From Nemertoderma westbladi (taxonomy: Eukaryota; Animalia; Xenacoelomorpha), in the NCBI GenBank assembly GCA_032718475.1, contig JAUCBJ010006245.1:1-64000 (forward strand): 64,000 nucleotides of DNA. The letters run 5' to 3'. The notes below the pieces were generated by a model. It saw only the letters and a program-made list of their open reading frames with translations. It was not told the DNA's origin and made no database searches. Every line of letters starts with the position of its first letter. The stretch's first letter is position 1. Made by a program: the position numbers and the translations under genes. Below are positions 38,601-53,600 of the stretch, piece by piece.

Positions 38601-41600
38601 CGAAATTCATAACAATTCTACTCATATTGTCGGTGCTGTTTAGTGCATGCAGACACTTCAAAGTTTGGAGTATTTCCAGACCTTGTCCGATATCGTCCGA
38701 ATATTCTTCGACGTCTGAGTCTGTTGTAATCAGGAATCTGCAATTGGTGACATTGTGTATCACCAATTTCATGATGATGGGCTACCAAAGTTATTTTCCA
38801 ACACGTCCCACGCACTTTGATATCCATCATCCACTCCTTCATAATGTTTGACCTTCTGTAACGCTTTCCCAGATCTAGTACTAGGATCGGCATCATGCCG
38901 GATCATGGATTTTTAAGAATGCTGTGCCGGCTTATTGACAAAATTGCACCGCCACAACTCCCTATCACCCATGACATTTGCTAGAGCATCCGCATCTTCA
39001 CGGCCAGTGTCCTTTAAGATGCGTCTCAAGAAAGTCATGGGCTGTCTACCATGCTTATTCACTCCATGAGGCTGCCAAAGTACAAGATTATGCACTGGCT
39101 GGTCCTCACGGGCGAAAGCAATGTCCTGCAAAGCGGAGGCAATTTTGTTCTAGTGTCAAGCTTGGGGGAACCAATGAGACACCTCCAATGTTATATAGTA
39201 TCTGGTTGGAGATGTGTGCATTGTACTTGACACAATGAACCTGGTGTAGCATTCTTGTGAATGTGCCATCCAGAGATTTGGTGTCCTCAGCAGTTAAAGC
39301 CCAGCTTGAACTTCCATAGGGGAGTACTGGAACTACTGCTGCTCTAAATAATTGGACCTTAAGTTTCCGATTAATTAATTACCAGATAGGTAGGTTAACA
39401 GACGTCGCAATTTTTGTTGTTATGGGGACGTTTTTACAATCCACTTGTGCGATAAAACGCGCTTTAAACGAGATGAATTCTGCTGGGTTTCCACTGAATT
39501 TAGTTGGCTTCTGACGTGGTTTTGGGGGTGCCTTCTTTGGTTTGTCATCTTTTCTCTGTTTCTTCTTAGGGATTTTGTCCTTCCATTTCCTCGGGGGTTT
39601 ATCATTGTCATCATCATGGTACGGGTCATCTGGATCGTTTGGCGGCACCTCAGGACACGCTCTACCGGGTGTATAGCGGTCTGTTGTTAATGCGTGTCTG
39701 GCATAGAATCGGACGTCTTGGGGATGAGATGACAATGGGACTGTTGTATGAGGACGGTTCATTGGCGATTTGTTTCCACCATTATAATATGCTTTGTAAT
39801 GTGAATTGTCTTTGACTTTATACATTGATGAGACACACGGCAATTCTTAGCTAACCTAACTAACGCTAACCTAACTGTCTGCAACGTGCTCAACCATTTC
39901 TATCCTCTCTCCAACCCCACTAACCTAACCGTCTGCAACATGCTCAACCGTTTCTATCCTCTCTCCAACTCCACTAACCTAACTGTCTGCAACGTGCTCA
40001 ACCGTTTCTATCCTCTCTCCAACTCCACTAACCTAACTGTCTGCAACGTGCTCAACCGTTCCTGTCCTCTCTCCAACTCCACTAACCTAACTGTCTGCGA
40101 CGTGCTCAACCGTTTCTGTCCTCTCTCCAACTCCACTAACCTAACTGTCTGCGATGTGCTCAACCGTTTCTATCCTCTCTCCAACTCCACTAACATAACT
40201 GTCTGCAACATGCTCAACCGTTCCTGTCCTCTCTCCAACTCCACTAACCTAACTGTCTGCAACGTGCTCAACCGTTTCTATCCTCTCTCCAACTCCACTA
40301 ACCTAACTGTCTGCGACATGCTCAACCGCTTCTGTCCTCTCTCCAACTCCACTAACCTAACTGTCTGCAACGTGCTCAACCGGTTCTATCCTCTCTCCAA
40401 CTCCACTAACGTAACTGTCTGCAACGTGCTCAACCGTTTCTGTCCTCTCTCCAACTCCACTAACCTAACTGTCTGCGACGTGCTCAACCGTTTCTGTCCT
40501 CTCTCCAACCCCACTAACCTAACTGTCTGCAACATGCTCAACCGTTCCTGTCCTCTCTCCAACTCCACTAACCTAACTGTCTGCAATGTGCTCAACCGTT
40601 TCTATCCTCTCTCCAACTCCACTAACCTAACTGTCTGCAACGTGCTCAACCGTTTCTATCCTCTCTCCAACTCCACTAACATAACTGTCTGCAATGTGCT
40701 CAACCGTTCCTGTCCTCTCTCCAACTCCACTAACCTAACTGTCTGCGACATGCTCAACCGTTTCTGTCCTCTCTCCAACCCCACTAACCTAACTGTCTGC
40801 AACATGCTCAACCGTTTCTATCCTCTCTCCAACTCCACTAACCTAACTGTCTGCAACGTGCTCAACCGTTTCTGTCCTCTCTCCAACCCCACTAACCTAA
40901 CTGTCTGCAACGTGCTCAACCGTTTCTGTCCTCTCTCCAACTCCACTAACCTAACTGTCTGCGATGTGCTCAACCGTTTCTATCCTCTCTCCAACTCCAC
41001 TAACCTAACTGTCTGCGACGTGCTCAACCGTTTCTGTCCTCTCTCCAACTCCACTAACCTAACTGTCTGCGATGTGCTCAACCGTTTCTATCCTCTCTCC
41101 AACTCCACTAACCTAACTGTCTGTGACGTGCTCAACAGTTTCTGTCCTCTCTCCAACTCCACTAACCTAACTGTCTGCGACGTGCTCAACCGTTTCTGTC
41201 CTCTCTCCAACTCCACTAACCTAACTGTCTGCGATGTGCTCAACCGTTTCTATCCTCTCTCCAACTCCACTAACCTAACTGTCTGTGACGTGCTCAACCG
41301 TTTCTGTCCTCTCTCCAACCCCACTAACCTAACTGTCTGCGATGTGCTCAACCGTTTCTATCCTCTCTCCAACCCCACTAACCGAACTGTCTGCGATGTG
41401 CTCAACCGTTTCTGTCCTCTCTCCAACCCCACTAACCTAACTGTCTGCAACATGCTCAACCGTTTCTATTCTCTCTCCAACTCCACTAACCTAACTGTCT
41501 GCAACGTGCTCAACCGTTTCTATCCTCTCTCCAACTCCACTAACCTAACTGTCTGCAACGTGCTCAACCGTTTCTATCCTCTCTCCAACTCCACTAACCT

Positions 41601-44600
41601 AACTATCTGCAATGTGCTCAACCGTTTCTGTCCTCTCTCCAACTCCACTAACCTAACTGTCTGTAAGGTGCCCAACCATTTCTGTCCTCTCTCCAACTCC
41701 ACTAACCTATTTGTCTGCAACGTGCTCAACTGTTTCTATCCTCTCTCTAACTCCACTAACCTAACTGTCTGCGATGTGCTCAACCATTTCTGTCCTCTCT
41801 CCAACCCCACTAACCTAACCGTCTGCAACATGCTCAACCGCTTCTGTCCTCTCTCCAACTCCACTAACCTAACTGTCTGCAACGTGCTCAACCGTTTCTA
41901 TCCTCTCTCCAACTCCACTAACCTAACTGTCTGCAATGTGCTCAACCGTTTCTGTCCTCTCTCCAACTCCACTAACCTAACTGTCTGTAAGGTGCCTAAC
42001 CATTTCTGTCCTCTCTCCAACTCCACTAACCTATTTGTCTGCAACGTGCTCAACCGTTTCTGTCCTCTCTCCAACTCCACTAACCTAACCGTCTGCAACA
42101 TGCTCAACTGTTTCTATCCTCTCTCCAACTCCACTAACCTAACTGTCTGCGACGTGCTCAACCGTTTCTGTCCTCTCTCCAACCCCACTAACCTAACCGT
42201 CTGCAACATGCTCAACTGTTTCTATCCTCTCTCCAACTCCACTAACCTAACTGTCTGCAACGTGCTCAACCATTTCTATCCTCTCTCCAACCCCACTAAC
42301 CTAACCGTCTGCAACATGCTCAACCGCTTCTGTCCTCTCTCCAACTCCACTAACCTAACTGTCTGCAACGTGCTCAACCGTTTCTATCCTCTCTCCAACT
42401 CCACTAACCTAACTGTCTGCAACGTCCGCAACCGTTTCTGTCCTCTCTCCAACTCCAACTCCACTAACCTAACTGTCTGCAACGTGCTCAACCGTTTCTA
42501 TTCTCTCTCCAACTCCACTAACCAAACCATCTGCAATGTGCTCAACCGTTTCTGTCCTCTCTCCAACTCCACTAACCTAGCCGTCTGCAACGTGCTCAAC
42601 CATTTCTGTCCTCTCTCCAACTCCAACTCCACTAACCTAACTTTCTTCAACGTGCTCAACCGTTTCTGTCCTCTCTCCAACTCCACTAACCTAACTGTTT
42701 GCAACGTGCTCAACCGTTTCTGTCCTCTCTCCAACTCCACTAACCTAACTATCTGCAATGTGCTCAACCGTTTCTGTCCTCTCTCCAACTCCACTAACCT
42801 AACTGTTTGCAACGTGTTCAACCGTTTCTGTCCTCTCTCCAACTCCACTAACCTAACTGTCTGCAACGTGCTCAACCGTTTCTGTCCTCTCTCCAACTCC
42901 AACTCCACTAACCTAACTGTCTGCAACGTGCTCAACCATTTCTGTCCTCTCTCCAACTCCAACTCCACTAACCTAACTGTCTGCAACGTGCTCAACCGTT
43001 TCTGTCCTCTCTCCAATTCCAACTCCACTAACCTAACTGTCTGCAACGTGCTCAACCGTTTCTGTCCTCTCTCCAACTCGGTCTTCTTTTTCTCTATTTT
43101 ATTCTCCAGATTTGCCTCATCCTCGGCGACATTATCAATAGAGGCATTGATCTTTTTAATTTCAGCCTAATTCAGAAAATAGATAATTAAAATCCCGTCC
43201 AACTAACCTCCACCACCCTAATGCTAAACTAACCCCCCTGCCCTAATGCTGGCCTTTAAACCCCGCTCTATCCCATCCAACTAACCTCCACCACCCTAAC
43301 GATGGGCTTTAAACCCGGCTCTATCCCGTCCAACTAACCTCCACCGCCCTAACGCTGGCCTTTAAACCCCGCTCTATCCCGTCCAACTAACCTCCAACGC
43401 CCTAACGCTGGCCTCTAAACCCCGCTCTATCCCGTCCAACTAACCTCCACCACCATAACGCTGGCCTTTAAACCCCGTTCTATCCCGTCCAACTAACCTC
43501 CACCACCCTAACGATGGGCTTTAAACCCGGCTCTATCCCGTCCAACTAACCTCCACCACCCTAACGCTGGCATTTAAACCCGGCTCTATCCCGTCCAACT
43601 AACCTCCCTGCCCTAACGCTGGCCTTTAAACCCCCCTCTATCCCGTCCAACTAACCTCCACCGCCCTAACGCTGGCCTTTAAACCCCGCTCTATCCCGTC
43701 CAACTAACCTCCAACGCCCTAACGCTGGCCTCTAAACCCCGCTCTATCCCGTCCAACTAACCTCCACCACCATAACGCTGGCCTTTAAACCCCGTTCTAT
43801 CCCGTCCAACTAACCTCCACCACCCTAACGATGGGCTTTAAACCCGGCTCTATCCCGTCCAACTAACCTCCCTGCCCTAACGCTGGCCTTTAAACCCCGC
43901 TCTATCCCGTCCAACTAACCTCCAACGCCCTAACGCTGGCCTCTAAACCCCGCTCTATCCCGTCCAACTAACCTCCACCACCATAACGCTGGCCTTTAAA
44001 CCCCGTTCTATCCCGTCCAACTAACCTCCACCACCCTAACGCTGGCCTTTAAACCCCCCTCTATCTCATCCAACTAACCTCCACCACGCTAACGCTGGCC
44101 TTTAAAACCCGCTCTATCCCATCCAACTAACCTCCACTGCCCTAACGCTGGCCTTTAAACCCCGCTCTATCCCATCCATCTAACCTCCACCGCCCTAACG
44201 CTGGCCTTTAAACCCCCCTCTATCTCATCCAACTAACCTCCACCACGCTAACGCTGGCCTTTAAACCCCGCTCTATCCCATCCAACTAAGCTCCAGCGCC
44301 CTAAAGCTGACCTTTAAACCCTGCTCTATCCCATCCAAATAACCTCCACCACCCTAACGCTTGCGTTTAAACCCTCCTCTATCCCATCCAACTAACCTCC
44401 ACCATACTCTATCGCTGGCCTTTAAACTCCCTTCCATCCTGTCCAACTAACCTTCCTGTCCTAACACTGGCCTTTAAACCCCGCTCTATCCCATCCAACT
44501 AACCTCCACCACCCTAACGCTGACCTTTAAACCCCCCTCTATCTCATCCAACTAACCTCCACCGCCCTAACGCTGGCCTTTAAACCCCACTCTATCCCAT

Positions 44601-47600
44601 CCAACTAACCTCCACCACCCTAACACTGGCCTTTAAACCCCACTCTATCCCGTCCAACTAACCTCCACCACCATAACGCTGGCCTTTAAACCCCACTCTA
44701 TCCCATCCAACTAACCTCCACCGCCCTAACGCTGGCCTTTCAACCCCACTCTATCCCGTCCAACTAACCTCCCTGCCCTAACGCTGGCCTTTAAACCCCG
44801 CTCTATCGCATCCAACTAACCTCCCTGCCCTAACACTGGCCTTTAAACCCCGCTCTATCCCGTCCAACTAACCTCCCTGCCCTAACGCTGGCCTTTAAAC
44901 CCCGCTCTATCCCATCCAACTAACCTCCACCACTCTATCGCTGGCCTTTAAACTCCCTTCCATCCTGTCCAACTAACCTTCCTGGCCTAACACTGGCCTT
45001 TAAACCCCTCTCTATCCCGCCCAACTAACCTCCACCGCCCTAACGCTGGCCTTAAAACCCCGCTCTATCCCATCCAACTAACCTCCACCACCCTAACGCT
45101 GGCCTTTAAACCCCCTTCCATCCTGTCCAACTAACCTCCCTGCCCTAACACTGGCCTTTAAACCCCGCTCTATCCCGTCCAACTAAACTCCACCACCCTA
45201 ACGCTGGCCTTTAAACCCCGCTCTATCCCGTCCAACTAAACTCCACCACCCTAACGCTGGCCTTTAAACCCCGCTCTATCCCGTCCAACTAAACTCCACC
45301 ACCCTAACGCTGGCCTTTAAACCCCGCTCTATCCCATCCAACTAACCTCCAACGCCCTAACGCTGGCCTTTAAACCCCGCTCTATCCCATCCAACTAACC
45401 TCCACCACCCTAACGCTGGCCTTTAAACCCCGCTCTATCCCATCCAACTAACCTCCACCACCCTAACACTGGCCTTTAAACCCCCTTCCATCCTGTCCAA
45501 CTAACCTCCCTGCCCTAACACTGGCCTTTAAACCCCGCTCTATCCCGTCCAACTAACCTCCACCACCCTAACGCTGGCCTTTAAACCCCGCTCTATCCCG
45601 TCCAACTAAACTCCACCACCCTAACGCTGGCCTTTAAACCCCGCTCTATCCCATCCAACTAACCTCCACCGCCCTAACGCTGGCCTTTAAACCCAGCTCT
45701 ATCCCATCCAACTAACCTCCACCGCCCTAACACTGGCCTTTAAACCCCGCTCTATCCCGTCCAACTAACCTCCACCACTAACGCTGGCCTTTAAACCCCG
45801 CTCTATCCCATCCAACTAACCTCCACCGCCCTAACGCTGGCCTTTAAACCCCGCTCTATCCCATCCAACTAACCTCCACCGCCCTAACGCTGGCCTTTAA
45901 ACCCTGCTCTATCCCATCCAACTAACCTCCACCGCCCTAACGCTGGCCTTTAAACCCCGCTCTATCCCATCCAACTAACCTCCACCGCCCTAAAGCTGGC
46001 CTTTAAACCCCGTTCTATCCCGTCCAAATAACCTCCACCGCCCTAACGCTGGCCTTTAAACCCCACTCTATCCCATCCAACTAACCTCCCTGCCCTAACA
46101 CTGGCCTTTAAACCCCGCTCTATCCCATCCATCTAACCTCCACCACCCTAACCCTGGCCTTTAAACCCTGCTCTATCCCATCCAACTAACCTCCACTGCC
46201 CTAACGCTGGCCTTTAAACCCCGCTCTATCCCATCCATCTAACCTCCACCACCCTAACCCTGGCCTTTAAACCCTGCTCTATCCCATCCAACTAACCTCC
46301 ACTGCCCTAACGCTGGCCTTTAAACCCCGCTCTATCCCATCCAACTAACCTCCACCGCCCTAACGCTGGCCTTTAAACCCCACTCTATCCCATCCAACTA
46401 ACCTCCACCGCCCTAACGCTGGCCTTTAAACCCCGTTCTATCCCATCCAACTAACCTCCACCGCCCTAACACTGGCCTTTAAACCCCGTTCTATCCCGTC
46501 CAACTAACCTCCACCACCCTAACCCTGGCCTTTAAACCCCGCTCTATCTCATCCAACTAACCTCCACCGCCCTAACGCTGGCCTTTAAACCCCACTCTAT
46601 CCCATCCAACTAACCTCCACCGCCCTAACGCTGGCCTTTAAACCCCGTTCTATCCCATCCAACTAACCTCCACCGCCCTAACACTGGCCTTTAAACCCCG
46701 TTCTATCCCGTCCAACTAACCTCCACCACCCTAACGCTGGCCTTTAAACCCCGCTCTATCCCATCCAACTAACCTCCACCGCCCTAACGCTGGCCTTTAA
46801 ACCCCGTTCTATCCCGTCCAACTAACCTCCACCACCCTAACCCTGGCCTTTAAACCCTGCTCTATCCCATCCAACTAACCTCCACCGCCCTAACGCTGGC
46901 CTTTAAACCCCGTTCTATCCCGTCCAACTAACCTCCACCACCCTAACCCTGGCCTTTAAACCCCGCTCTATCCCATCCAACTAACCTCCACCGCCCTAAC
47001 GCTGGCCTTTAAACCCCGTTCTATCCCGTCCATCTAACCTCCACCACCCTAACCCTGGCCTTTAAACCCCGCTCTATCCCATCCATCTAACCTCCACCAC
47101 CCTAACGCTGGCCTTTAAACCCCGCTCTATCTCATCCAACTAACCTACACCGCCCTAACGCTGGCCTTTAAACCCCGCTCTATCTCATCCAACTAACCTC
47201 CACCGCCCTAACGCTGGCCTTTAAACCCCGTTCTATCCCGTCCATCTAACCTCCACCACCCTAACCCTGGCCTTTAAACCCCGCTCTATCCCATCCATCT
47301 AACCTCCACCACCCTAACGCTGGCCTTTAAACCCCGCTCTATCCCATCCATCTAACCTCCACCACCCTAACGCTGGCCTTTAAACCCCGCTCTATCTCAT
47401 CCAACTAACCTACACCGCCCTAACGCTGGCCTTTAAACCCCGCTCTATCTCATCCAACTAACCTCCACCGCCCTAACGCTGGCCTTTAAACCCCCCTCTA
47501 TCTCATCCAACTAACCTCCACCGCCCTAACGCTGGCCTTTAAACCCCGCTCTATCTCATCCAACTAACCTACACCGCCCTAACGCTGGCCTTTAAACCCC

Positions 47601-50600
47601 GCTCTATCTCATCCAACTAACCTACACCGCCCTAACGCTGGCCTTTAAACCCCGCTCTATCTCATCCAACTAACCTCCACCGCCCTAACGCTGGCCTTTA
47701 AACCCCCCTCTATCCCATCCAACTAACCTCCACCGCCCTAACGCTGGCCTTTAAACCCCGTTCTATCCCATCCAACTAACCTCCACCGCCCTAACACTGG
47801 CCTTTAAACCCCGTTCTATCCCGTCCAACTAACCTCCCCACCCTAACGCTGGCCTTTAAACCCCACTCTATCCCATCCAACTAACCTCCACCGCCCTAAC
47901 ACTGGCCTTTAAACCCCGTTCTATCCCGTCCAACTAACCTCCACCGCCCTAACGCTGGCCTTTAAACCCCGCTCTATCTCATCCAACTAACCTCCACCGC
48001 CCTAACGCTGGCCTTTAAACCCCACTCTATCCCATCCAACTAACCTCCACCGCCCTAACGCTGGCCTTTAAACCCCGCTCTATCTCATCCAACTAACCTC
48101 CACCGCCCTAACGCTGGCCTTTAAACCCTGCTCTATCTCATCCAACTAACCTCCACCGCCCTAACGCTGGCCTTTAAACCCCGCTCTATCTCATCCAACT
48201 AACCTCCACCGCCCTAATGCTGGCCTTTAAACCCCACTCTATCCCATCCAACTAACCTCCACCGCCCTAACGCTGGCCTTTAAACCCCGCTCTATCTCAT
48301 CCAACTAACCTCCACCGCCCTAACGCTGGCCTTTAAACCCCGCTCTATCTCATCCAACTAACCTCCACCGCCCTAACGCTGGCCTTTAAACCCCGTTCTA
48401 TCCCGTCCAACTAACCTCCACCGCCCTAACGCTGGCCTTTAAACCCCGTTCTATCCCATCCAACTAACCTCCACCGCCCTAACACTGGCCTTTAAACCCC
48501 GTTCTATCCCGTCCAACTAACCTCCACCACCCTAACGCTGGCCTTTAAACCCCGCTCTATCCCATCCAACTAACCTCCACCGCCCTAACGCTGGCCTTTA
48601 AACCCCGTTCTATCCCGTCCAACTAACCTCCACCACCCTAACCCTGGCCTTTAAACCCTGCTCTATCCCATCCAACTAACCTCCACTGCCCTAACGCTGG
48701 CCTTTAAACCCCGCTCTATCCCATCCAACTAACCTCCACCGCCCTAACGCTGGCCTTTAAACCCCGCTCTATCCCATCCAACTAACCTCCACCACCCTAA
48801 CGCTGGCCTCTAAACCCCGCTCTATCCCATCCAACTAACCTCCACCGCCCTAACGCTGGCCTTTAAACCCCGCTCTATCCCATCCAACTAACCTCCACCA
48901 CCCTAACGCTGGCCTCTAAACCCCGCTCTATCCCATCCAACTAACCTCCACCACCCTAACCCTGGCCTTTAAACCCCGCTCTATCCCGTCCAACTAACCT
49001 CCACCGCCCTAACGCTGGCCTTTAAACCCCGCTCTATCCCGTCCAACTAACCTCCACCACCCTAACGCTGGCCTCTAAACCCTGCTCTATCCCATCCAAC
49101 TAACCTCCACCACCCTAACCCTGGCCTTTAAACCCCGCTCTATCCCGTCCAACTAACCTCCACCACCCTAACGCTGGCCTCTAAACCCCGCTCTATCCCA
49201 TCCAACTAACCTCCACCACCCTAACCCTGGCCTTTAAACCCCGCTCTATCCCGTCCAACTAACCTCCACTGCCCTAACGCTGGCCTTTAAACCCCGCTCT
49301 ATCCCGTCCAACTAACCTCCAACGCCCTAACGCTGGCCTCTAAACCCCGCTCTATCCCATCCAACTAACCTCCACCACCCTAACCCTGGCCTTTAAACCC
49401 CGCTCTATCCCATCCATCTAACCTCCACCGCCCTAATGCTGGCCTTTAAACCCCGCTCTATCTCATCCAACTAACCTCCACCGCCCTAACGCTGGCCTTT
49501 AAACCCCGCTCTATCCCGTCCAACTAACCTCCACCACCCTATCGCTGGCCTTTAAACCCCGCTCTATCCCGTCCAACTAACCTCCACCACCCTAACGCTG
49601 GCCTTTAAACCCCGCTCTATCCCATCCATCTAACCTCCACCACCCTAACCCTGGCCTTTAAACCCTGCTCTATCCCATCCAACTAACCTCCACCGCCCTA
49701 ATGCTGGCCTTTAAACCCCGCTCTATCTCATCCAACTAACCTACACCGCCCTAACGCTGGCCTTTAAACCCCGCTCTATCCCATCCATCTAACCTCCACC
49801 GCCCTAACGCTGGCCTTTAAACCCCGCTCTATCCCATCCAACTAACCTCCACCACGCTAACGCTGGCCTTTAAACCCCGCTCTATCCCATCCAACTAACC
49901 TCCACCACCCTAACGCTGGCCTTTAAACCCCGCTCTATCTCATCCAACTAACCTACACCGCCCTAACGCTGGCCTTTAAACCCCGCTCTATCCCATCCAT
50001 CTAACCTCCACCGCCCTAACGCTGGCCTTTAAACCCCGCTCTATCCCATCCAACTAACCTCCACCACCCTAACGCTGGCCTTTAAACCCCCCTCTATCTC
50101 ATCCAACTAACCTCCACCACCCTAACGATGGGCTTTAAACCCCGCTCTATCCCGTCCAACTAACCTCCACCGCCCTAATGCTGGCCTTTAAACCCCGCTC
50201 TATCCCGTCCAACTAACCTCCCTGCCCTAACGCTGGCCTTTAAACCCCTCTCTATCCCGCCCAACTAACCTCCACCGCCCTAACGCTGGCCTTTAAACCC
50301 CGCTCTATCCCGTCCAACTAACCTCCACCACCCTAACGCTGGCCTCTAAACCCCGCTCTATCCCATCCAACTAACCTCCACCACCCTAACCCTGGCCTTT
50401 AAACCCCGTTCTATCCCGTCCAACTAACCTCCACCACCCTAACCCTGGCCTTTAAACCCCGCTCTATCTCATCCAACTAACCTCCACCGCCCTAACGCTG
50501 GCCTTTAAACCCCACTCTATCCCATCCAACTAACCTCCACCGCCCTAACGCTGGCCTTTAAACCCCGTTCTATCCCATCCAACTAACCTCCACCGCCCTA

Positions 50601-53600
50601 ACACTGGCCTTTAAACCCCGTTCTATCCCTTCCAACTAACCTCCACCACCCTAACGCTGGCCTTTAAACCCCGCTCTATCCCATCCAACTAACCTCCACC
50701 GCCCTAACGCTGGCCTTTAAACCCCGTTCTATCCCGTCCAACTAACCTCCACCACCCTAACCCTGGCCTTTAAACCCTGCTCTATCCCATCCAACTAACC
50801 TCCACCGCCCTAACACTGGCCTTTAAACCCCCCTCTATCTCATCCAACTAACCTCCACCACCCTAACGATGGGCTTTAAACCCCGCTCTATCCCGTCCAA
50901 CTAACCTCCACCGCCCTAATGCTGGCCTTTAAACCCCGCTCTATCCCATCCAACTAACCTCCACCACCCTAACCCTGGCCTTTAAACCCCGCTCTATCCC
51001 ATCCATCTAACCTCCACCACCCTAACGCTGGCCTTTAAACCCCGCTCTATCTCATCCAACTAACCTACACCGCCCTAACGCTGGCCTTTAAACCCCGCTC
51101 TATCTCATCCAACTAACCTCCACCGCCCTAACGCTGGCCTTTAAACCCCGTTCTATCCCGTCCATCTAACCTCCACCACCCTAACCCTGGCCTTTAAACC
51201 CCGCTCTATCCCATCCATCTAACCTCCACCACCCTAACGCTGGCCTTTAAACCCCGCTCTATCCCATCCATCTAACCTCCACCACCCTAACGCTGGCCTT
51301 TAAACCCCGCTCTATCTCATCCAACTAACCTACACCGCCCTAACGCTGGCCTTTAAACCCCGCTCTATCCCATCCAACTAACCTCCACCACCCTAACGCT
51401 GGCCTCTAAACCCCGCTCTATCCCATCCAACTAACCTCCACCACCCTAACCCTGGCCTTTAAACCCCGCTCTATCCCGTCCAACTAACCTCCACCGCCCT
51501 AACGCTGGCCTTTAAACCCCGCTCTATCCCGTCCAACTAACCTCCACCACCCTAACGCTGGCCTCTAAACCCTGCTCTATCCCATCCAACTAACCTCCAC
51601 CACCCTAACCCTGGCCTTTAAACCCCGCTCTATCCCGTCCAACTAACCTCCACCACCCTAACGCTGGCCTCTAAACCCCGCTCTATCCCATCCAACTAAC
51701 CTCCACCACCCTAACCCTGGCCTTTAAACCCCGCTCTATCCCGTCCAACTAACCTCCACTGCCCTAACGCTGGCCTTTAAACCCCGCTCTATCCCGTCCA
51801 ACTAACCTCCAACGCCCTAACGCTGGCCTCTAAACCCCGCTCTATCCCATCCAACTAACCTCCACCACCCTAACCCTGGCCTTTAAACCCCGCTCTATCC
51901 CATCCATCTAACCTCCACCGCCCTAATGCTGGCCTTTAAACCCCGCTCTATCTCATCCAACTAACCTCCACCGCCCTAACGCTGGCCTTTAAACCCCGCT
52001 CTATCCCGTCCAACTAACCTCCACCACCCTATCGCTGGCCTTTAAACCCCGCTCTATCCCGTCCAACTAACCTCCACCACCCTAACGCTGGCCTTTAAAC
52101 CCCGCTCTATCCCATCCATCTAACCTCCACCACCCTAACCCTGGCCTTTAAACCCTGCTCTATCCCATCCAACTAACCTCCACCGCCCTAATGCTGGCCT
52201 TTAAACCCCGCTCTATCTCATCCAACTAACCTACACCGCCCTAACGCTGGCCTTTAAACCCCGCTCTATCCCATCCATCTAACCTCCACCGCCCTAACGC
52301 TGGCCTTTAAACCCCGCTCTATCCCATCCAACTAACCTCCACCACGCTAACGCTGGCCTTTAAACCCCGCTCTATCCCATCCAACTAACCTCCACCACCC
52401 TAACGCTGGCCTTTAAACCCCGCTCTATCTCATCCAACTAACCTACACCGCCCTAACGCTGGCCTTTAAACCCCGCTCTATCCCATCCATCTAACCTCCA
52501 CCGCCCTAACGCTGGCCTTTAAACCCCGCTCTATCCCATCCAACTAACCTCCACCACCCTAACGCTGGCCTTTAAACCCCCCTCTATCTCATCCAACTAA
52601 CCTCCACCACCCTAACGATGGGCTTTAAACCCCGCTCTATCCCGTCCAACTAACCTCCACCGCCCTAATGCTGGCCTTTAAACCCCGCTCTATCCCGTCC
52701 AACTAACCTCCCTGCCCTAACGCTGGCCTTTAAACCCCTCTCTATCCCGCCCAACTAACCTCCACCGCCCTAACGCTGGCCTTTAAACCCCGCTCTATCC
52801 CGTCCAACTAACCTCCACCACCCTAACGCTGGCCTCTAAACCCCGCTCTATCCCATCCAACTAACCTCCACCACCCTAACCCTGGCCTTTAAACCCCGTT
52901 CTATCCCGTCCAACTAACCTCCACCACCCTAACCCTGGCCTTTAAACCCCGCTCTATCTCATCCAACTAACCTCCACCGCCCTAACGCTGGCCTTTAAAC
53001 CCCACTCTATCCCATCCAACTAACCTCCACCGCCCTAACGCTGGCCTTTAAACCCCGTTCTATCCCATCCAACTAACCTCCACCGCCCTAACACTGGCCT
53101 TTAAACCCCGTTCTATCCCTTCCAACTAACCTCCACCACCCTAACGCTGGCCTTTAAACCCCGCTCTATCCCATCCAACTAACCTCCACCGCCCTAACGC
53201 TGGCCTTTAAACCCCGTTCTATCCCGTCCAACTAACCTCCACCACCCTAACCCTGGCCTTTAAACCCTGCTCTATCCCATCCAACTAACCTCCACCGCCC
53301 TAACACTGGCCTTTAAACCCCCCTCTATCTCATCCAACTAACCTCCACCACCCTAACGATGGGCTTTAAACCCCGCTCTATCCCGTCCAACTAACCTCCA
53401 CCGCCCTAATGCTGGCCTTTAAACCCCGCTCTATCCCATCCAACTAACCTCCACCACCCTAACCCTGGCCTTTAAACCCCGCTCTATCCCATCCATCTAA
53501 CCTCCACCACCCTAACGCTGGCCTTTAAACCCCGCTCTATCTCATCCAACTAACCTACACCGCCCTAACGCTGGCCTTTAAACCCCGCTCTATCTCATCC

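Noticed and set aside
39886-43170. 1094-aa plus-strand ORF resembling a leucine-rich or glycoprotein repeat
   Set aside because: It is the antisense reading of the exon C 54-bp array.
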